Positions 1 through 11,561 are shown, numbered from the stretch's first letter. The stretch: 64,000 nucleotides of DNA from Bryobacterales bacterium (GCA_963422375.2 OY729428.2:3136001-3200000), one strand, 5' to 3'. A program made the numbers and translations. Notes: a model not told the origin generated them from the sequence alone.

Positions 1-143
1 GCCTTGCGGGACCTGAACTTGCCAGCCATCCGCACTGCCGGACCGTCTACCAAACGCCCGAAACAGCGATCAGTACTATTGTATGCACCGAGGAGACTAT
101 CGCGTGCGAAAGAATCCGGCGCAAGTGCAAATCGCGGGTCTCG

Positions 144-1346
144 CTAGTCTAGGAATACCTCGGTTTCAACGGCTTGATCGTAGTCGACCCCTTCCACGCC
201 GAAACCGAACAGCCGATTGAAGTCCCTCTTGAATCCGTCGAAGTCCGAGAGATCGGCAAGCGTCTCCGAATTCACCTGCGGCCACAGCTCGGCTACTGCT
301 TCCTGCACGTCGGACTGCATCTCGAGGTCATCCAAGCGAATCAGCCGGTCCGAATCGACGAGCGGCCCGCCGTCCCGCCCCAAGTGGTCCTGCGCAAGCC
401 GTGCAATTTGCTCGATGCAGCCCTCGTGGATGCCCTTTTGCTTCATCACGCGAAAGAGCAGGCTCATGTACAGCGGCACGACCGGAATCGCGGCGGACGC
501 CTGCGTCACGACCGCCTTGTTCACCGAGAGCCATGCCGCGCCACCAACGCGCTCGCGCAACGTTCGGTTCAGCGCGTCCGCCGTCTCCTTCAGATCGCGC
601 TTGGCAGCGCCGATCGTGCCGTCTCGGTAGACCGGCCAGGTCAGGCTGGGACCGTAATACGTGTACGCCAGCGTGCGTGCCCCCTGCGCGAGCAGGCCCT
701 CTTCGAGCAGGCGCTCGATCCACCAGCGCCAGTCCTCGCCGCCCATGACCGCGACCGTGTGGTCGATCTCCTCTTGGGTGGCGGGCCCGACCGTCGCGGT
801 GGTGACTTCGCCCCTAGCCAAGTCGATCGTCTTGCCGGTGTAAGTCGAGCCGATTGACTTCAGCGCCGAGGCGTGGGTGATGCCCGTGCGCGGATGAATC
901 CGCTTGGGAGCGGCGAGGCTGTACACGACCAAGCCGATCGCGCCCATGGACTCGGCCGCGATTCGAGCGACTTTGTCCTTGGTGTCATCGGAATAGGCGT
1001 CGCCATTGACGCTGCGGGCCCACAGGCCATCCCGGGCCGCGGCGCGGTGCAATGCCGCGCTGTTGTAGTACCCGGAGGTCGCGGTGCGCCGCCCCACCGG
1101 AGGCCGCTCCAGGAAGACGCCCAGCGTCCGGCATCCCATGCCCCAGCCGGCTGCGATGCGGCTTGCGAGACCGTAGCCGGTGGAACTGCCGATGACGAGA
1201 GCGTTGCGAAGGCCCGCTTGCGGGCCGCAACGGAGGCGCTCCCGCACGTACGCGACCTGCCTCTCGACGTTGCGGGCGCAGCCCTGCGGATGCGCGTTGA
1301 CGCAGATGAAGCCCTTCGACCGCTGCCTAACCACCTGTTCCGGCAT
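144..1346 (-). CDS. fabV: enoyl-ACP reductase FabV / trans-2-enoyl-CoA reductase
   Basis: GFICVNAHPQGC, VIGSSTGYGLASRI, VYSLAAP, YxxGTIGxAK, VNKAVVTQASAAIP, HEGCIEQ motifs. Start moved to the ATG of MPEQVV at 1346. Confidence 0.93.
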   Translation of the reverse strand: MPEQVVRQRSKGFICVNAHPQGCARNVERQVAYVRERLRCGPQAGLRNALVIGSSTGYGLASRIAAGWGMGCRTLGVFLERPPVGRRTATSGYYNSAALHRAAARDGLWARSVNGDAYSDDTKDKVARIAAESMGAIGLVVYSLAAPKRIHPRTGITHASALKSIGSTYTGKTIDLARGEVTTATVGPATQEEIDHTVAVMGGEDWRWWIERLLEEGLLAQGARTLAYTYYGPSLTWPVYRDGTIGAAKRDLKETADALNRTLRERVGGAAWLSVNKAVVTQASAAIPVVPLYMSLLFRVMKQKGIHEGCIEQIARLAQDHLGRDGGPLVDSDRLIRLDDLEMQSDVQEAVAELWPQVNSETLADLSDFDGFKRDFNRLFGFGVEGVDYDQAVETEVFLD

Positions 1347-1572
1347 GGACCCGTTCGCCCTCGAGGCGTCCGGCCGGGCCCGCGGAAGCTGGCGGCCCCG
1401 CCGTCCGGCAACAAGGCCGCCTACCGGCAGTATACCCGGAAGCTCCGGGCGAGAGCGGAGCCGGAAGAACGGCGGGCGCCCTGTGGTATCGTCGGAAGAA
1501 GTTAGCCTCGCGGCAAGCACTGCCCGTCCTCCGCGCTCCGGCCGTACCTATAGCGGGCGTTCGTGTTTCGCT

Positions 1573-2082
1573 ATGATTCGAAGCTTTTGCGGTGCCCGGC
1601 CCGCCGTTGCGGACAGCGCCTATGTCGATCCGAGCGCCGTTCTGATCGGCGATGCCACCGTCGGACGGCACTCCAGCGTGTGGTGCAACGTTACCGTCCG
1701 CGCCGACTCGGCGACCGTGTTCATCGACGAGGACACGAGCATCCAAGACAACAGCTGCCTGCACGTAGATGCCGACGCGCCGCTGCGCATCGGCAAGCGC
1801 GTCGTGGTGGGGCACTCATGCACCGTGCACGGCTGCTACGTCGGCGACGACTGCCTGATCGGCATGGGTGCGACCATCCTCAGCAAGGCGACGATCGGCG
1901 GCGGTTCGATCATCGCGGCGGGCGCCGTCGTCCTAGGGGGCACGAGTGTGCCTCCGCGCAGCCTCGTCGCCGGCGTTCCAGCCAAGGTCAAGCGCGCCGT
2001 CACGGACGCCGAGGTCGAGCGCACGCGAAGAAACGCAGCACGTTATGTCGAGCTCGCCAAGCGATACAGAGGCCAGGCCTGA
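1573..2082 (+). CDS. gamma carbonic anhydrase family protein (hexapeptide repeat)
   Basis: [45 protein letters not shown]. Stop overlaps the aspS start (TGATG). Confidence 0.9.
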   Translation: MIRSFCGARPAVADSAYVDPSAVLIGDATVGRHSSVWCNVTVRADSATVFIDEDTSIQDNSCLHVDADAPLRIGKRVVVGHSCTVHGCYVGDDCLIGMGATILSKATIGGGSIIAAGAVVLGGTSVPPRSLVAGVPAKVKRAVTDAEVERTRRNAARYVELAKRYRGQA

Positions 2083-3890
2083 TGGGCGAGCGCGATCTAG
2101 GACGCACTTCGGCCGAACCGCTGGGCGGCCTTCAACGGACGCACTTCTGTGGCGAGATTCGCGACGGCGACATCGGCGCGCACGCCCTGCTGATGGGCTG
2201 GGTGCATCGCAAGCGCGACCTAGGGGGCCTGCTCTTCCTCCACCTACGAGACCGCAGCGGGATCTCGCAGATCGTTTTCAACGCAGAGACACATCCCGAG
2301 GCCCACGCGAAGGCTGAGAGCTTGCGCGGCGAGTACGTCATAGCCGTCCGAGGACCCGTCGTCCGGCGCTCCGAAGACACGTATAATCCCAACCTCGAAA
2401 CCGGCACCGTGGAGCTCGTTGCGCACGAGATCACGATCCTCAACACGGCCGAGACACCGCCCTTCCAGCTTGATGACGAGCAGCACGCTCCGGTCGGCGA
2501 GGAGGTCCGGCTGAAGTACCGCTACATCGACCTGCGCCGCCCGAGGATGCAGCGCAACATCCAGCTCAGGCACCAGGTCAGTCGCGCCATCCGGGAATCG
2601 TTCCACGAGCAGGGATTCCTCGAAATCGAGACTCCGTTCATGACACGCTCGACGCCGGAAGGGGCGCGGGACTTTCTCGTACCGAGCCGTATCCAGCCGG
2701 GAACCATGTACGCGCTCCCGCAGTCCCCGCAGCTCTTCAAGCAGCTCCTGATGGTGGGCGGGTACGACCGGTACTACCAGATCGTAAGGTGCTTCCGCGA
2801 CGAGGACCTTCGCGCGGACCGGCAGCCGGAGTTCACGCAGATCGACGTGGAAATGTCGTTCGTCCAGGAGAACGGCGTGCTGGGCGTCATCGAGCGGCTC
2901 GTGGAACAGGTCTGCGAGGCCGCCGGCTCCCCGTCACCTAGGCTGCCGCTGGAGCGCGTCAGCTACGCGCGGGCGATGGAGCGCTACGGCAGCGACAAGC
3001 CGGACCTGAGAATGCCGCCAATGGCCGTGGTTACGGACCTGCTGGCTCCCGGAGACCTGCCCCTGCATGGACCCTTGGTAGCGATTCGGACGCCTGCGGT
3101 CGGCCGACTTTCGAGGCGCGAGCGCGAGCAATTCCGCAATTTCGCCAAGGAGTCCAATCTCCGTCTATTCGACGACTTCCGCGGATTGGCCAAGAAGTTG
3201 CCGGGACCTACGGCGGCCGCGCGCCAGCGCCTCAGAGCCGAGGAAGGCGACTTCCTCGTGCTGGCGACAGGCCTCGGTCCTGCAACCGGCCCGCGGCCCG
3301 ACGAGGAGGTTTTCGCGGCGGCCGGGATCCTGCGCCAGCGGATCGCCGATGCGTTCGCGGACCGGCACGGCCTGCTTCGCGACGACAACCTCAGGTTCCT
3401 TTGGGTGACTGACTTCCCCATGTTCGAATGGGACGCCGGCGAAGGCAACTGGACGCCCGCACACCATCCCTTTACCTCGCCTCACGAGGAGGACATAGGG
3501 AAGCTCGTTGCCGATCCGGGAGCGTGCCGGTCGAAGGCCTACGACCTAGTGCTGAACGGCGTGGAGCTAGGTTCCGGCTCCATAAGAATCCACCGCAGCG
3601 ACATCCAGTCGAAGGTCTTCGAGGCCTTGGGCTTCTCCCCGCAGGAGGCCCGCCACCGCTTCGGCTTCTTCCTCGACGCCCTGCAGTACGGCACGCCGCC
3701 GCACGGAGGCATCGCGCTCGGCCTGGACCGACTGGTGATGCTGCTGGCGGGCGAGACGACGATCCGCGACGTGATTCCCTTTCCGAAGACAACCAAGGGC
3801 ACGGATCTGATGTGCGAGGCACCCAACACCGTACCGGCGCGGAGTCTGACCGATCTGGGAATCACCCTCCGCGTTCGACCGAAGGCCTGA
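2082..3890 (+). CDS. aspS: aspartate--tRNA ligase
   Basis: [92 protein letters not shown]. Confidence 0.97.
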   Translation: MGERDLGRTSAEPLGGLQRTHFCGEIRDGDIGAHALLMGWVHRKRDLGGLLFLHLRDRSGISQIVFNAETHPEAHAKAESLRGEYVIAVRGPVVRRSEDTYNPNLETGTVELVAHEITILNTAETPPFQLDDEQHAPVGEEVRLKYRYIDLRRPRMQRNIQLRHQVSRAIRESFHEQGFLEIETPFMTRSTPEGARDFLVPSRIQPGTMYALPQSPQLFKQLLMVGGYDRYYQIVRCFRDEDLRADRQPEFTQIDVEMSFVQENGVLGVIERLVEQVCEAAGSPSPRLPLERVSYARAMERYGSDKPDLRMPPMAVVTDLLAPGDLPLHGPLVAIRTPAVGRLSRREREQFRNFAKESNLRLFDDFRGLAKKLPGPTAAARQRLRAEEGDFLVLATGLGPATGPRPDEEVFAAAGILRQRIADAFADRHGLLRDDNLRFLWVTDFPMFEWDAGEGNWTPAHHPFTSPHEEDIGKLVADPGACRSKAYDLVLNGVELGSGSIRIHRSDIQSKVFEALGFSPQEARHRFGFFLDALQYGTPPHGGIALGLDRLVMLLAGETTIRDVIPFPKTTKGTDLMCEAPNTVPARSLTDLGITLRVRPKA

Positions 3891-3908
3891 CGGCCGACGA
3901 AGCGAACG

Positions 3909-4913
3909 ATGGCTCGGGCCTTGGTGATCGGCGGCACGCTGTTCATCGGGCGCGAGCTGGTGCGCAGGCTGATCGAGCGGGGCGACAACGTCACTATCCT
4001 GCATCGCGGCAGCCGCAACCCGTTCGCGGGCCAGGCGGACGAAATCCGCTGCGACCGCAACGACACCGCCGCATTGGCGCGGGCCTTGCACGGCCGAGGC
4101 TTCGAGTACGTCTTCGACAACGTGTACGACTGGGAGCGCGGCACCACAGGCACCCAAGTCCGCGCCGCCGCGACGTCGTGCGACGAGGCCTTGCGGCGCT
4201 ACCTGTTCGTTTCGAGCTGCGCGGCGTACGGCGAGGGATTGGACCGCACCGAGGACTCGCCGCTAGCCGCCCCCGACCATCCCGAGGCGTACTGCCGCAA
4301 CAAGGCCGACTCGGAGCGCGCGCTGCTCGCGCTCCACGCCGAGCGCGGCATTCCAGCGACGACGCTAAGGCCTCCCTACATCTACGGACACCTCAATCCG
4401 TTCTACCGGGAAGCTTTCTTCTGGGACCGGCTGGTCGCGGGCCGCCCGGTCCTCGTACCCGGAGACGGAAGCAGGCTGATGCAATTCGTTGCGGTCGAGG
4501 ATCTTGTCGAGGCCGCGCTGCGCTGCGCAGCGAGGCCGGTTGCGGCTGGCCGGGCCTACAACGTAGCGCACGAGCGCGGTACGCGCCAAGACGACCTCGT
4601 GCGAGCACTCGGAGCCGCGGCTAGAATCGAGCCCGACATCCGCTTTGTTCCGCGTGAAACAATCTATAATTTGGGCGGAAACATATTCCGTCCGCCATAC
4701 TATTTCGGACAATACTTCGACATGCCTCCGATTACGATGAACACGTCGCGTGCTCGGGCCGAGCTCGGCTTGCGGCTTCCGAGCTTGGTCACGGGCCTGC
4801 GCCGAACGTGGGATTGGTACAGCGGGTTGGCCCCGGAGCAGCGCTCTTCTCCTGACTATTCGTTCGAAGACCGGGTCCTAGCGTCGGGCCAAGCCCGGCA
4901 GGGCGTCGAATAG
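3909..4913 (+). CDS. NAD-dependent epimerase/dehydratase family (SDR) protein
   Basis: N-terminal LVIGGTLFIG Rossmann motif, YCRNK (YxxxK), LRPPYIYG. Confidence 0.88.
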   Translation: MARALVIGGTLFIGRELVRRLIERGDNVTILHRGSRNPFAGQADEIRCDRNDTAALARALHGRGFEYVFDNVYDWERGTTGTQVRAAATSCDEALRRYLFVSSCAAYGEGLDRTEDSPLAAPDHPEAYCRNKADSERALLALHAERGIPATTLRPPYIYGHLNPFYREAFFWDRLVAGRPVLVPGDGSRLMQFVAVEDLVEAALRCAARPVAAGRAYNVAHERGTRQDDLVRALGAAARIEPDIRFVPRETIYNLGGNIFRPPYYFGQYFDMPPITMNTSRARAELGLRLPSLVTGLRRTWDWYSGLAPEQRSSPDYSFEDRVLASGQARQGVE

Positions 4914-4995
4914 GCGTTCTGACCGGCGGCGGCACGAGCGGTGAAAAGCACGTCGAGCCACGTGCTCCGAAGCCGCGCCCGGCGGACTCGGAAGG

Positions 4996-6150
4996 TCAGC
5001 GCGTGAGGTTCTCAAAGAGGTACACACCGCCCTTGCCCGCCACGACGATGTCGATGTCCGCGTCGCCGTCAATGTCGACCGCGGGAATCTGCATCCCGCC
5101 GCCCACGCGGCCGCCGTAATGGATGATATGCCGCACCCACTCCCATTGCCTGCCGTTGTCGACGTACTCGTACCAGTACAGGCCGAGCGGTTCCCTGCCC
5201 CCGTCGTCCTTGCCGTTGTGCGCGTACAAGCGCTTGCCGGTAACGAGTTCCGGCCGCCCGTCCCCGGTCAGGTCGACGAGGGTAGAGGCATGGGCCTGCG
5301 ACCAAGCTTCGTCTATCGGCTCGCGCTTCCAATTCCGCTTGCCGTCCGCGCCCTTGCCCTGTCTGAGCCAGAAGATTCCGTAGGAATGTGCGTGACTCGT
5401 GACCACGTCGTTCAAACCGTCCCGGTCGACGTCCTCGACGTGCAGGAAGCCGATGTGCTGGTCAAACGAGAACTCCTCGTGCATCGTCCACTGCCCGGCC
5501 CGCGGGTCTGACGGCGCTTCGAGCCATCCCTTGGGGGTGAGGATGTCCGTGCGCCCGTCGCCGTTGACGTCGCCCGCACCGATTCCGTGTCCGTGGGCGA
5601 CCCCTTGCGCCACATGCTCCGCCCAGTCGCCGCCCTTGCCCGGCGATTCGAGCCATGCGGTCTTCCCGGCGTTGCGGCCCCCGAACTGCGGCAGCACCTC
5701 GCGCGCCTCGCCGTCACCGTCCAAGTCGACGAGCAGGGCGAATTCGACGGGGAGTCCGTCGTGAACTGGACGCTCGGTCCACTTGCCGATCGCCCTGCCG
5801 GGATTGCGCCACCACGAGATCCTGCGCCTGCCCCACCCCACGCTTACTACATCCACGTGACCGTCACGGTCCACGTCGAACAGTAGGTCGCTGAAGTCAT
5901 CGATGTAGTTGTTCCAGGTGAGAATCGAGCGGAACTTCTTGCGCGGGAAGTCCGGGCCGCGGTACCAGTTCTCCCCGGAGACGATATCCAAGTGGCCGTC
6001 GCCGTTGATGTCAGCAACGGCACACGGCTCGTTCCTCCCCAAGTCGATCACGCGCTTCCGGAACGGAATCTCGTCAGAGGGGCCATCCGCAAGGCATGGC
6101 GCTACAGCAAAGACGGCCGAGAGGGCCACTGGGATCGGGAGCCACCGCAT
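4996..6150 (-). CDS. secreted FG-GAP/VCBS repeat protein
   Basis: Signal peptide; repeated DINGDGHLDIV, DVDRDGHVDVV, DVNGDGRTDIL, DLTGDGRPELV, DIDGDADIDIV Ca-binding repeats. Confidence 0.88.
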   Translation of the reverse strand: MRWLPIPVALSAVFAVAPCLADGPSDEIPFRKRVIDLGRNEPCAVADINGDGHLDIVSGENWYRGPDFPRKKFRSILTWNNYIDDFSDLLFDVDRDGHVDVVSVGWGRRRISWWRNPGRAIGKWTERPVHDGLPVEFALLVDLDGDGEAREVLPQFGGRNAGKTAWLESPGKGGDWAEHVAQGVAHGHGIGAGDVNGDGRTDILTPKGWLEAPSDPRAGQWTMHEEFSFDQHIGFLHVEDVDRDGLNDVVTSHAHSYGIFWLRQGKGADGKRNWKREPIDEAWSQAHASTLVDLTGDGRPELVTGKRLYAHNGKDDGGREPLGLYWYEYVDNGRQWEWVRHIIHYGGRVGGGMQIPAVDIDGDADIDIVVAGKGGVYLFENLTR

Positions 6151-6487
6151 GACGGCACCATAATCCCACAGCGACCCACGGCACGGGTCGCCTCAATCGG
6201 ACTCGCCACCACCGACCACGCGACTGATCCGGACGGAGGGGCGAAGTGCCGTTGGCGTGGATCATCCACGCACCAAAGGGCTCACCAAGCGAGATGGCGC
6301 CGCAGTCTCCGGGACGCCGAGTCCATGCGCGACTCCGTCGCCACTTGCGGCACCCGGCTGGCTTCGGTCAAGGCACGGGCGTCTGCACGTCAGGCGTTTC
6401 CACGAGGTACGATCATGCGAGGCGACCTACCCGTCGACACGACTTGGCATCCACAGGGCTGGTCGGTGCAAGAGCCGAGAGGCCTAG

Positions 6488-8413
6488 CCCGGATAATTCA
6501 TGAGTAGCCCGGAGGGCCATAGTCCGGTCCCTCCGCCCGGGCCGTGAGGGCCCCCGGTCCAGCGCGATCCTCACTCCTGGGAGTGCCCTGCGATCCCCGG
6601 CGGCAGCCCCGGCCCGGTCCGATTGAGATCCAAGTTTATACATTGAAGTTGTTTTCATCCGGTAGGTTATAATGAATACAAGGTCGCAGATGCAGGCTCC
6701 CAAGGCGTTCTGTTCCGCAATCCGCGCCGTCGCCCCGTCGCCGTCCGCTGCGATCACGAGCGCAGCAGCTCCGACGGCGGCGCTGTCCCGGTCGAGGCCG
6801 CCGACCGCGCTCCCGGCCTCACCGCGGCGTTCGCCGACTGCCTGCGCGACCGGCGCCAGCCCTCCGAGGTGCTCCACTCCCTCGCCGACATGCTCCGCCA
6901 GCGCATCTACGGCCTCGCCTGCGGCTAGGAGGACTGCAACGACGCCGGGCGCCTCGGCGGCGACCCCGTGTTCAAGCTGCCGCTCGGGCGCGACCCCCGG
7001 CAGGGTCGCGACCTGCCGTCCCGGCCCGCCCTGTCGCGCTTCGAGAACGCCGTCACCGCGGACGCGCCGAGCGCGCTGTCCGCGGTACCGGCCCGCTGCG
7101 TCGCGCGGCGCCGGCACGAGCGGCGCCCCGAGACCAGGATCGTCGAGCTGGACTTCGACCTGACCTGCGACCCGCCGCACGGGGACTGGCAGCTGGCGCT
7201 GTGCAACGGCTTCTACGACACGCATTGCTACTTGCCGCTGGTGGGCGCGGTGCGCTTCGACGACGAGCGCGAGCGGCATCTCGTGGCGGCGCTGCCGCGC
7301 TCGGGCACGGCCGCGGAGGGCTTGCTGCCGCTGCTGGACCGCTTGCTGCCGCTGCTGCGGGAATTCTTCCCGCGGGCGACGCTGCGCCTGCGCCTGGACG
7401 CGGGCTTCCAAGGGGACGGGCTGCCGGCCTATGGCGAGCGCGAGGGCCTGGAGTGCGTGGTGTGCCAGCAGAAGAACGCGGTGCCGGAGCGGCGCGCGGC
7501 CCCGTTGCGGGCGGCCGTCGAGGCCCGGCGCGCGCCCCGGGCACGGACCCCGGCGGGGCAGCGGCGGCCGCGGGGGACTCGCCGTCCCGGCTGGAGCAGT
7601 TGCGGGCGAAGTACGCGCGGCTGGGAGCCGGCACGCAGGGGGGCCGGCCGGGCGCGGAGGACGGGGGCAAGAACCCGGGCCCGCTGCACGGGCAGTTCGT
7701 CTAGCGGGCGGGCCGCCGGTCGCGGGCGCGGCGGGTGATCGTCAAGGCGGACGCGAGCGAGTTTCCCGGGCGCGCCCCGCAGTGGAACCCGCGCTACGCG
7801 GTGACCAACGCGGGCGGCAGCCCGCAGCGCCTCTGCGAGCGGATCCACTGCCTGCGGGGGGACGCGGAGAACCGCGTCAAGGAGCTCGAGCACGGGATGC
7901 GGATGGACCGCGCCAGCGGCTCGAGCTTCGCGGCGAACCGGTTCCGCGTGCCGCTCGCGGCGGCGGCCTGCGTGATCATGCAGGAACTGCGCCGGCAGGC
8001 ACGGGACACGCCGCTGCGGAAGCGCCGGGTGGACGGGTTGCGCCTCGGCCTGCCGAAGCCGGGGGCGCGGGTCGCGGCCACGGCGCAGCGGATCGTGCTG
8101 CGAGTGCCGCGGACGGCACCGTTCCGGGACGCCTGGGCGGCGGTGGCGCGGGGCTTGGGGGCCGTGCCGATATGACGCCGGGCCGGGTCCATCCGGAGAG
8201 TGTCGGCAGGCGCCGGGCGCCGCCGGGGGAAACCGTGCCTGCCCCCCCGGGCGGGTGCCGCCGAGGAGGTGTCCGCGGCCCGCAGGCCGCTCGCGAGACG
8301 CCCCGCAAGCCCCGCATTCCCCGCCCGCAGGCGTTTCGGAAGCAGATTGGGCGGCCATCGAGGGCCCAGAAACCGGATCCATGGGCCTGCGCCGCATTCG
8401 TGAATAATGCGGG
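6488..8413 (+). mobile_element. IS1380-family insertion sequence (decayed)
   Basis: Left end CCCGGATAATTCATGA and reverse complement of right end CCCGCATTATTCACGA form an imperfect IR. CTAG direct repeat at 6484-6487 and 8414-8417. Confidence 0.9.
6740..8175 (+). pseudogene. IS1380-family transposase pseudogene
   Basis: LRQRIYGLACG*EDCND, PALSRFEN, LDFDLTCDPPHG, LRLDAGF, RGDAENRVKEL, FAANRFR. TAG stops at 6926 and 7702 plus frameshifts. Start approximate. Confidence 0.88.
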
Positions 8414-9077
8414 CTAGGACGAATCGCATCCGCACGGCCGAGCCATCACTCCGGGCGTCCATCGAGTTCTGAACTGCCTCCCGGACCAAGCGGCTCGCAA
8501 GGTCCGAAGACGATGTGAAGAACTCGCCTTGGACTGGGTCTTCATTGACCTGCGCCGGAAGCATGCGAGGGAACCGCCATCGGGCCAACGCAGGACTGCG
8601 CGCTTCCTCTCCTAGAGGGATCTCATGCTCGTTCTAGCTGACCATGGTCAATGCGCGTGTCTTTCGACCAATCCGCGGCCTCGGGGCAGGCTCGGGGTTC
8701 GGCCTCTACAAGAGATTCAGAGCATTTGCTACGGGATGCAGGCAATCCGCCCCTGGGTTCCGACGCAGCGGGGTCTCTGGGTGGGGATTGCGTCCAGCTG
8801 AGCCTGCGATCGACTCGCTTCAGTCACCGCATCGTGGATGCGTAGCGACTCATCTAGCGCCATGTGAGAATCACGAATGCCTCTGCATGAGACGATATGC
8901 AGCCGCTCTCTGAGCGGCGTCAGCGGCCTTGCCTCCCGGCAGAGACGGCACAGCCCGTCGTCAAGATTGGCTCGCCGGGACACGTGCCTGCGATGCACGT
9001 CCAAGCCGAAGCGTACGGACAGCCCCGTCAGCCGGCATGCTCAATAGTCCCGAGCAACCTGATCTGCGTCGATCCCG

Positions 9078-10055
9078 TCAGGCCAGCAGGTAGGGGCGCA
9101 CGAATTCCAGCGTCCGCTCAAGCTCGTCTCGCGCGTATTGGTCGAGCTCTCTCGATTTCGGATTCCTCACCTTCCAGTTCGGGAAAACGCCGCGCAGGTG
9201 CAGGACATAGGCCAGCGCGGCCAGACCGTGCGCCCGCGCCCGGGTCACCAGCAGCAACACCTTCGAGAACATGTCCGTGGCCTCGCTACGATGCCCGGCC
9301 TGCCAGAGGTCCCACACCCTCACGTAGAGGTCGACCCACGACGCCGCAGGCATCGTGCCCCCGGACCCCCTCGACATTTCCTCGATCAGCGTCTGACCGT
9401 GCCCGCCCGTGAAGGCCACGGGACGGTCCTTCGCCGGCAGCTTGCCGAATTCCGTGATCCTGCTCAGAGTGTGCCCCGCCTCGTCCTTCACGAACCGCAG
9501 GTTGGGGATTTCGCCGACCATGCGCGCCACGAAGTCGACCGACATGTTGCCGATGGACTGCATGAACATCGGCAGCGCCGCGGCCCGCGCCACGGCGGCG
9601 TAGTAGCCGGCGACCTCGCCGAGGTCGAACTCGGTCTGGGCTCCCTTGCGAGGCGGCAAGGCGATGATCGCGTCCGGTCCGATGGACCGGGCGTGCTCGG
9701 CGTAACGCACCGCGGTCTCGGAATCCCCGGCCTGCACTCCGATCACGACCTTCGGACGCAGGCCCTTCGAGGCATTGACGATGGCCTCCGCCCCTGCGAT
9801 GCGCTCCTCGTAGGTCAGCAGCGCGTACTCGCTCGCCAGCTGCGGCCATACCACTCCATGCACGCCGGCGCGGTCAAGGAACCGGATCTCCTCGGCGAGC
9901 GTCGCAAGGTCGACCTCGCCGTCGTCGCCGTACGGCGTGGCGACGATCGGAAAGATGCCGCGGAATTCTCCGTCGCTGCCTCCGGAGGCCGTCGGGAGCG
10001 CGACACCGGCCAGCGAGGCGAGGACCGCCCGCCTCGACAGACCCGCTGAAGTCAC
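9078..10055 (-). CDS. dihydrodipicolinate synthase family lyase with twin-arginine-like leader
   Basis: GIFPIVATPY, QLASE, FMQS, Schiff-base FVKDE; leader LSRRAVLASLAG. GTG start inferred. Confidence 0.85.
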   Translation of the reverse strand: MTSAGLSRRAVLASLAGVALPTASGGSDGEFRGIFPIVATPYGDDGEVDLATLAEEIRFLDRAGVHGVVWPQLASEYALLTYEERIAGAEAIVNASKGLRPKVVIGVQAGDSETAVRYAEHARSIGPDAIIALPPRKGAQTEFDLGEVAGYYAAVARAAALPMFMQSIGNMSVDFVARMVGEIPNLRFVKDEAGHTLSRITEFGKLPAKDRPVAFTGGHGQTLIEEMSRGSGGTMPAASWVDLYVRVWDLWQAGHRSEATDMFSKVLLLVTRARAHGLAALAYVLHLRGVFPNWKVRNPKSRELDQYARDELERTLEFVRPYLLA

Positions 10056-10062
10056 CGACCGC

Positions 10063-11277
10063 TCACGCCGCGCTGCTGCCCGCATGGTCTCGCACCATCT
10101 TTTCCGTGATACTTGTGCCGAAGCCGTGCCTGTCGGTGGCGAAATAGTAGCCGTCCTCATACGGCGAGGACATCGCGAGCATCAGGTCGGTCGCTTGGTC
10201 GCCGGTTCCGAAGCTCTCCGCGAGCGGCGCGTTCGCCGTGAGGACGACCGCCATGCCGAATAGGCTGCTTCCTCTATGCGGGATGATCGGCAGGCCGCGC
10301 TCGGCGCCCATGACTGCGATCTTGCGCAGGGCGGTCAGGCCCCCGCACCAACTGATGTCCGGCTGCAGGATCTCGGTCCCTCGATGGTGCAGGAGCATCT
10401 GATAACCGTATTGGGTGTATTCGTGCTCGCCGCTGACGATGAGGGTGCTGTCGATCTCCTCGACAAGGCGCTGGTATCCCAGGATGTTGTCCGGCGAAAG
10501 CGGCTCCTCGATGAAGAAGAGGCCCGCCGCCTCTAGACGCTTCGCCATCTCGACCGTGTAGGCGATGTCGTTCCAGCGACAGCCGCAGTCGATCATCAGG
10601 GTGCGGTCGGGGCCGATGGCGTCGCGCGCCTCGTGGACCGTCGTCACGGTGCGCGTCATGCCTTCCGCACCTTCATGGATTCCGTTTCGCACGGGCATCT
10701 TGAAGTGCTCGAACCCTAGATCGAGACCGACGCTCGGATCCGAGTTGGTGATATAGCCGGGCACCCTTCCCTGCGTCGCGCCTCCGATCAGGTGATGGAC
10801 CGGCAACTCGGCGTACTTGCCGACGATGTCCCATAACGCATTGTCGATGCCGCTGAGCGCCATGACGAACAAGCCGCGCCGACCGTAATAGATGCCGGAC
10901 GAGTACATCTGGTCCCAGAGCAGCTCCACGCGGAGCGGGTCCGATCCGACCAGCAGGTGCCTGAGATGCCCATGGATGATCTCGGCCGCCGCCCCACCGC
11001 CCGCGCCGAGGCCGAACCCGGTGACGCCTTGGTCTGTCCTGACGATCACCACGATGGCGCTGGCGAGCTGCGAGAACGGCCCGCTGTAGCGCCAGCGGGC
11101 AGGGTCGAATGGCCCGTCGAACTCGGGCAGGCGCCCTTGGGACGAACGCGACCAGAGGCGAATCGGAACGGCCTCGACGGAAACGATCTTGATCGCTCCC
11201 TTCGTCTGCGGCACGGCTGCCGCGGGGGCGACCGCGGCCCCCCCGAGCGCAGTCAGGAACGATCTACGCGATCGCAT
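10063..11277 (-). CDS. mandelate racemase/enolase superfamily acid-sugar dehydratase, L-rhamnonate dehydratase-like, Tat signal
   Basis: SGIDNALWD, KMP, LMIDC, FIEEP, SGEHE, QPDISWCGGLT, PHRGSS. Leader MRSRRSFLTALGG. Confidence 0.88.
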   Translation of the reverse strand: MRSRRSFLTALGGAAVAPAAAVPQTKGAIKIVSVEAVPIRLWSRSSQGRLPEFDGPFDPARWRYSGPFSQLASAIVVIVRTDQGVTGFGLGAGGGAAAEIIHGHLRHLLVGSDPLRVELLWDQMYSSGIYYGRRGLFVMALSGIDNALWDIVGKYAELPVHHLIGGATQGRVPGYITNSDPSVGLDLGFEHFKMPVRNGIHEGAEGMTRTVTTVHEARDAIGPDRTLMIDCGCRWNDIAYTVEMAKRLEAAGLFFIEEPLSPDNILGYQRLVEEIDSTLIVSGEHEYTQYGYQMLLHHRGTEILQPDISWCGGLTALRKIAVMGAERGLPIIPHRGSSLFGMAVVLTANAPLAESFGTGDQATDLMLAMSSPYEDGYYFATDRHGFGTSITEKMVRDHAGSSAA

Positions 11278-11561
11278 AGCGGGCAACAGTCTAGCACCGC
11301 GACGCCCGGGAGGGAGCCCAGGTGCATCTCGAGGTCAAGCTCGAAATCGCCGAGGCCCGAGACTACCAGACTCCAAGCCGTCGCAACGCCAAGCCGTACG
11401 TATCCGGGGGCGACAGCTAGGCTAGTATCCGGAAGGCAATTCTCCCTCATTGCTCGCTATACGCCGATACGATCTGCAAGAGCTGCTCGCATGCGCTGCG
11501 GAGCCCATCGGCCAAGCCGTGCAAGACTCGACAGAAATCTTGCTCGTCAGACTATGGGGTG

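Larger units (their letters stand above)
6413..8588 (-). pseudogene. GHKL/HATPase-like gene remnant split by IS1380
   Basis: MARWRFP..NEDPVQGEFF..LVREAVQNSMDA (N-box ExxxNxxDA) runs to the IS edge at 8414. Removing the IS and one CTAG restores the frame RFVL-GLSALAP.. to a stop at 6413. Confidence 0.65.

Noticed and set aside
6413..7411. 332-aa minus-strand ORF and other long shadow ORFs (e.g. 37684-39408, 53876-55519, 57155-59011)
   Set aside because: They are antisense or alternate frames of real genes or transposases in GC-rich DNA, with no motifs of their own.
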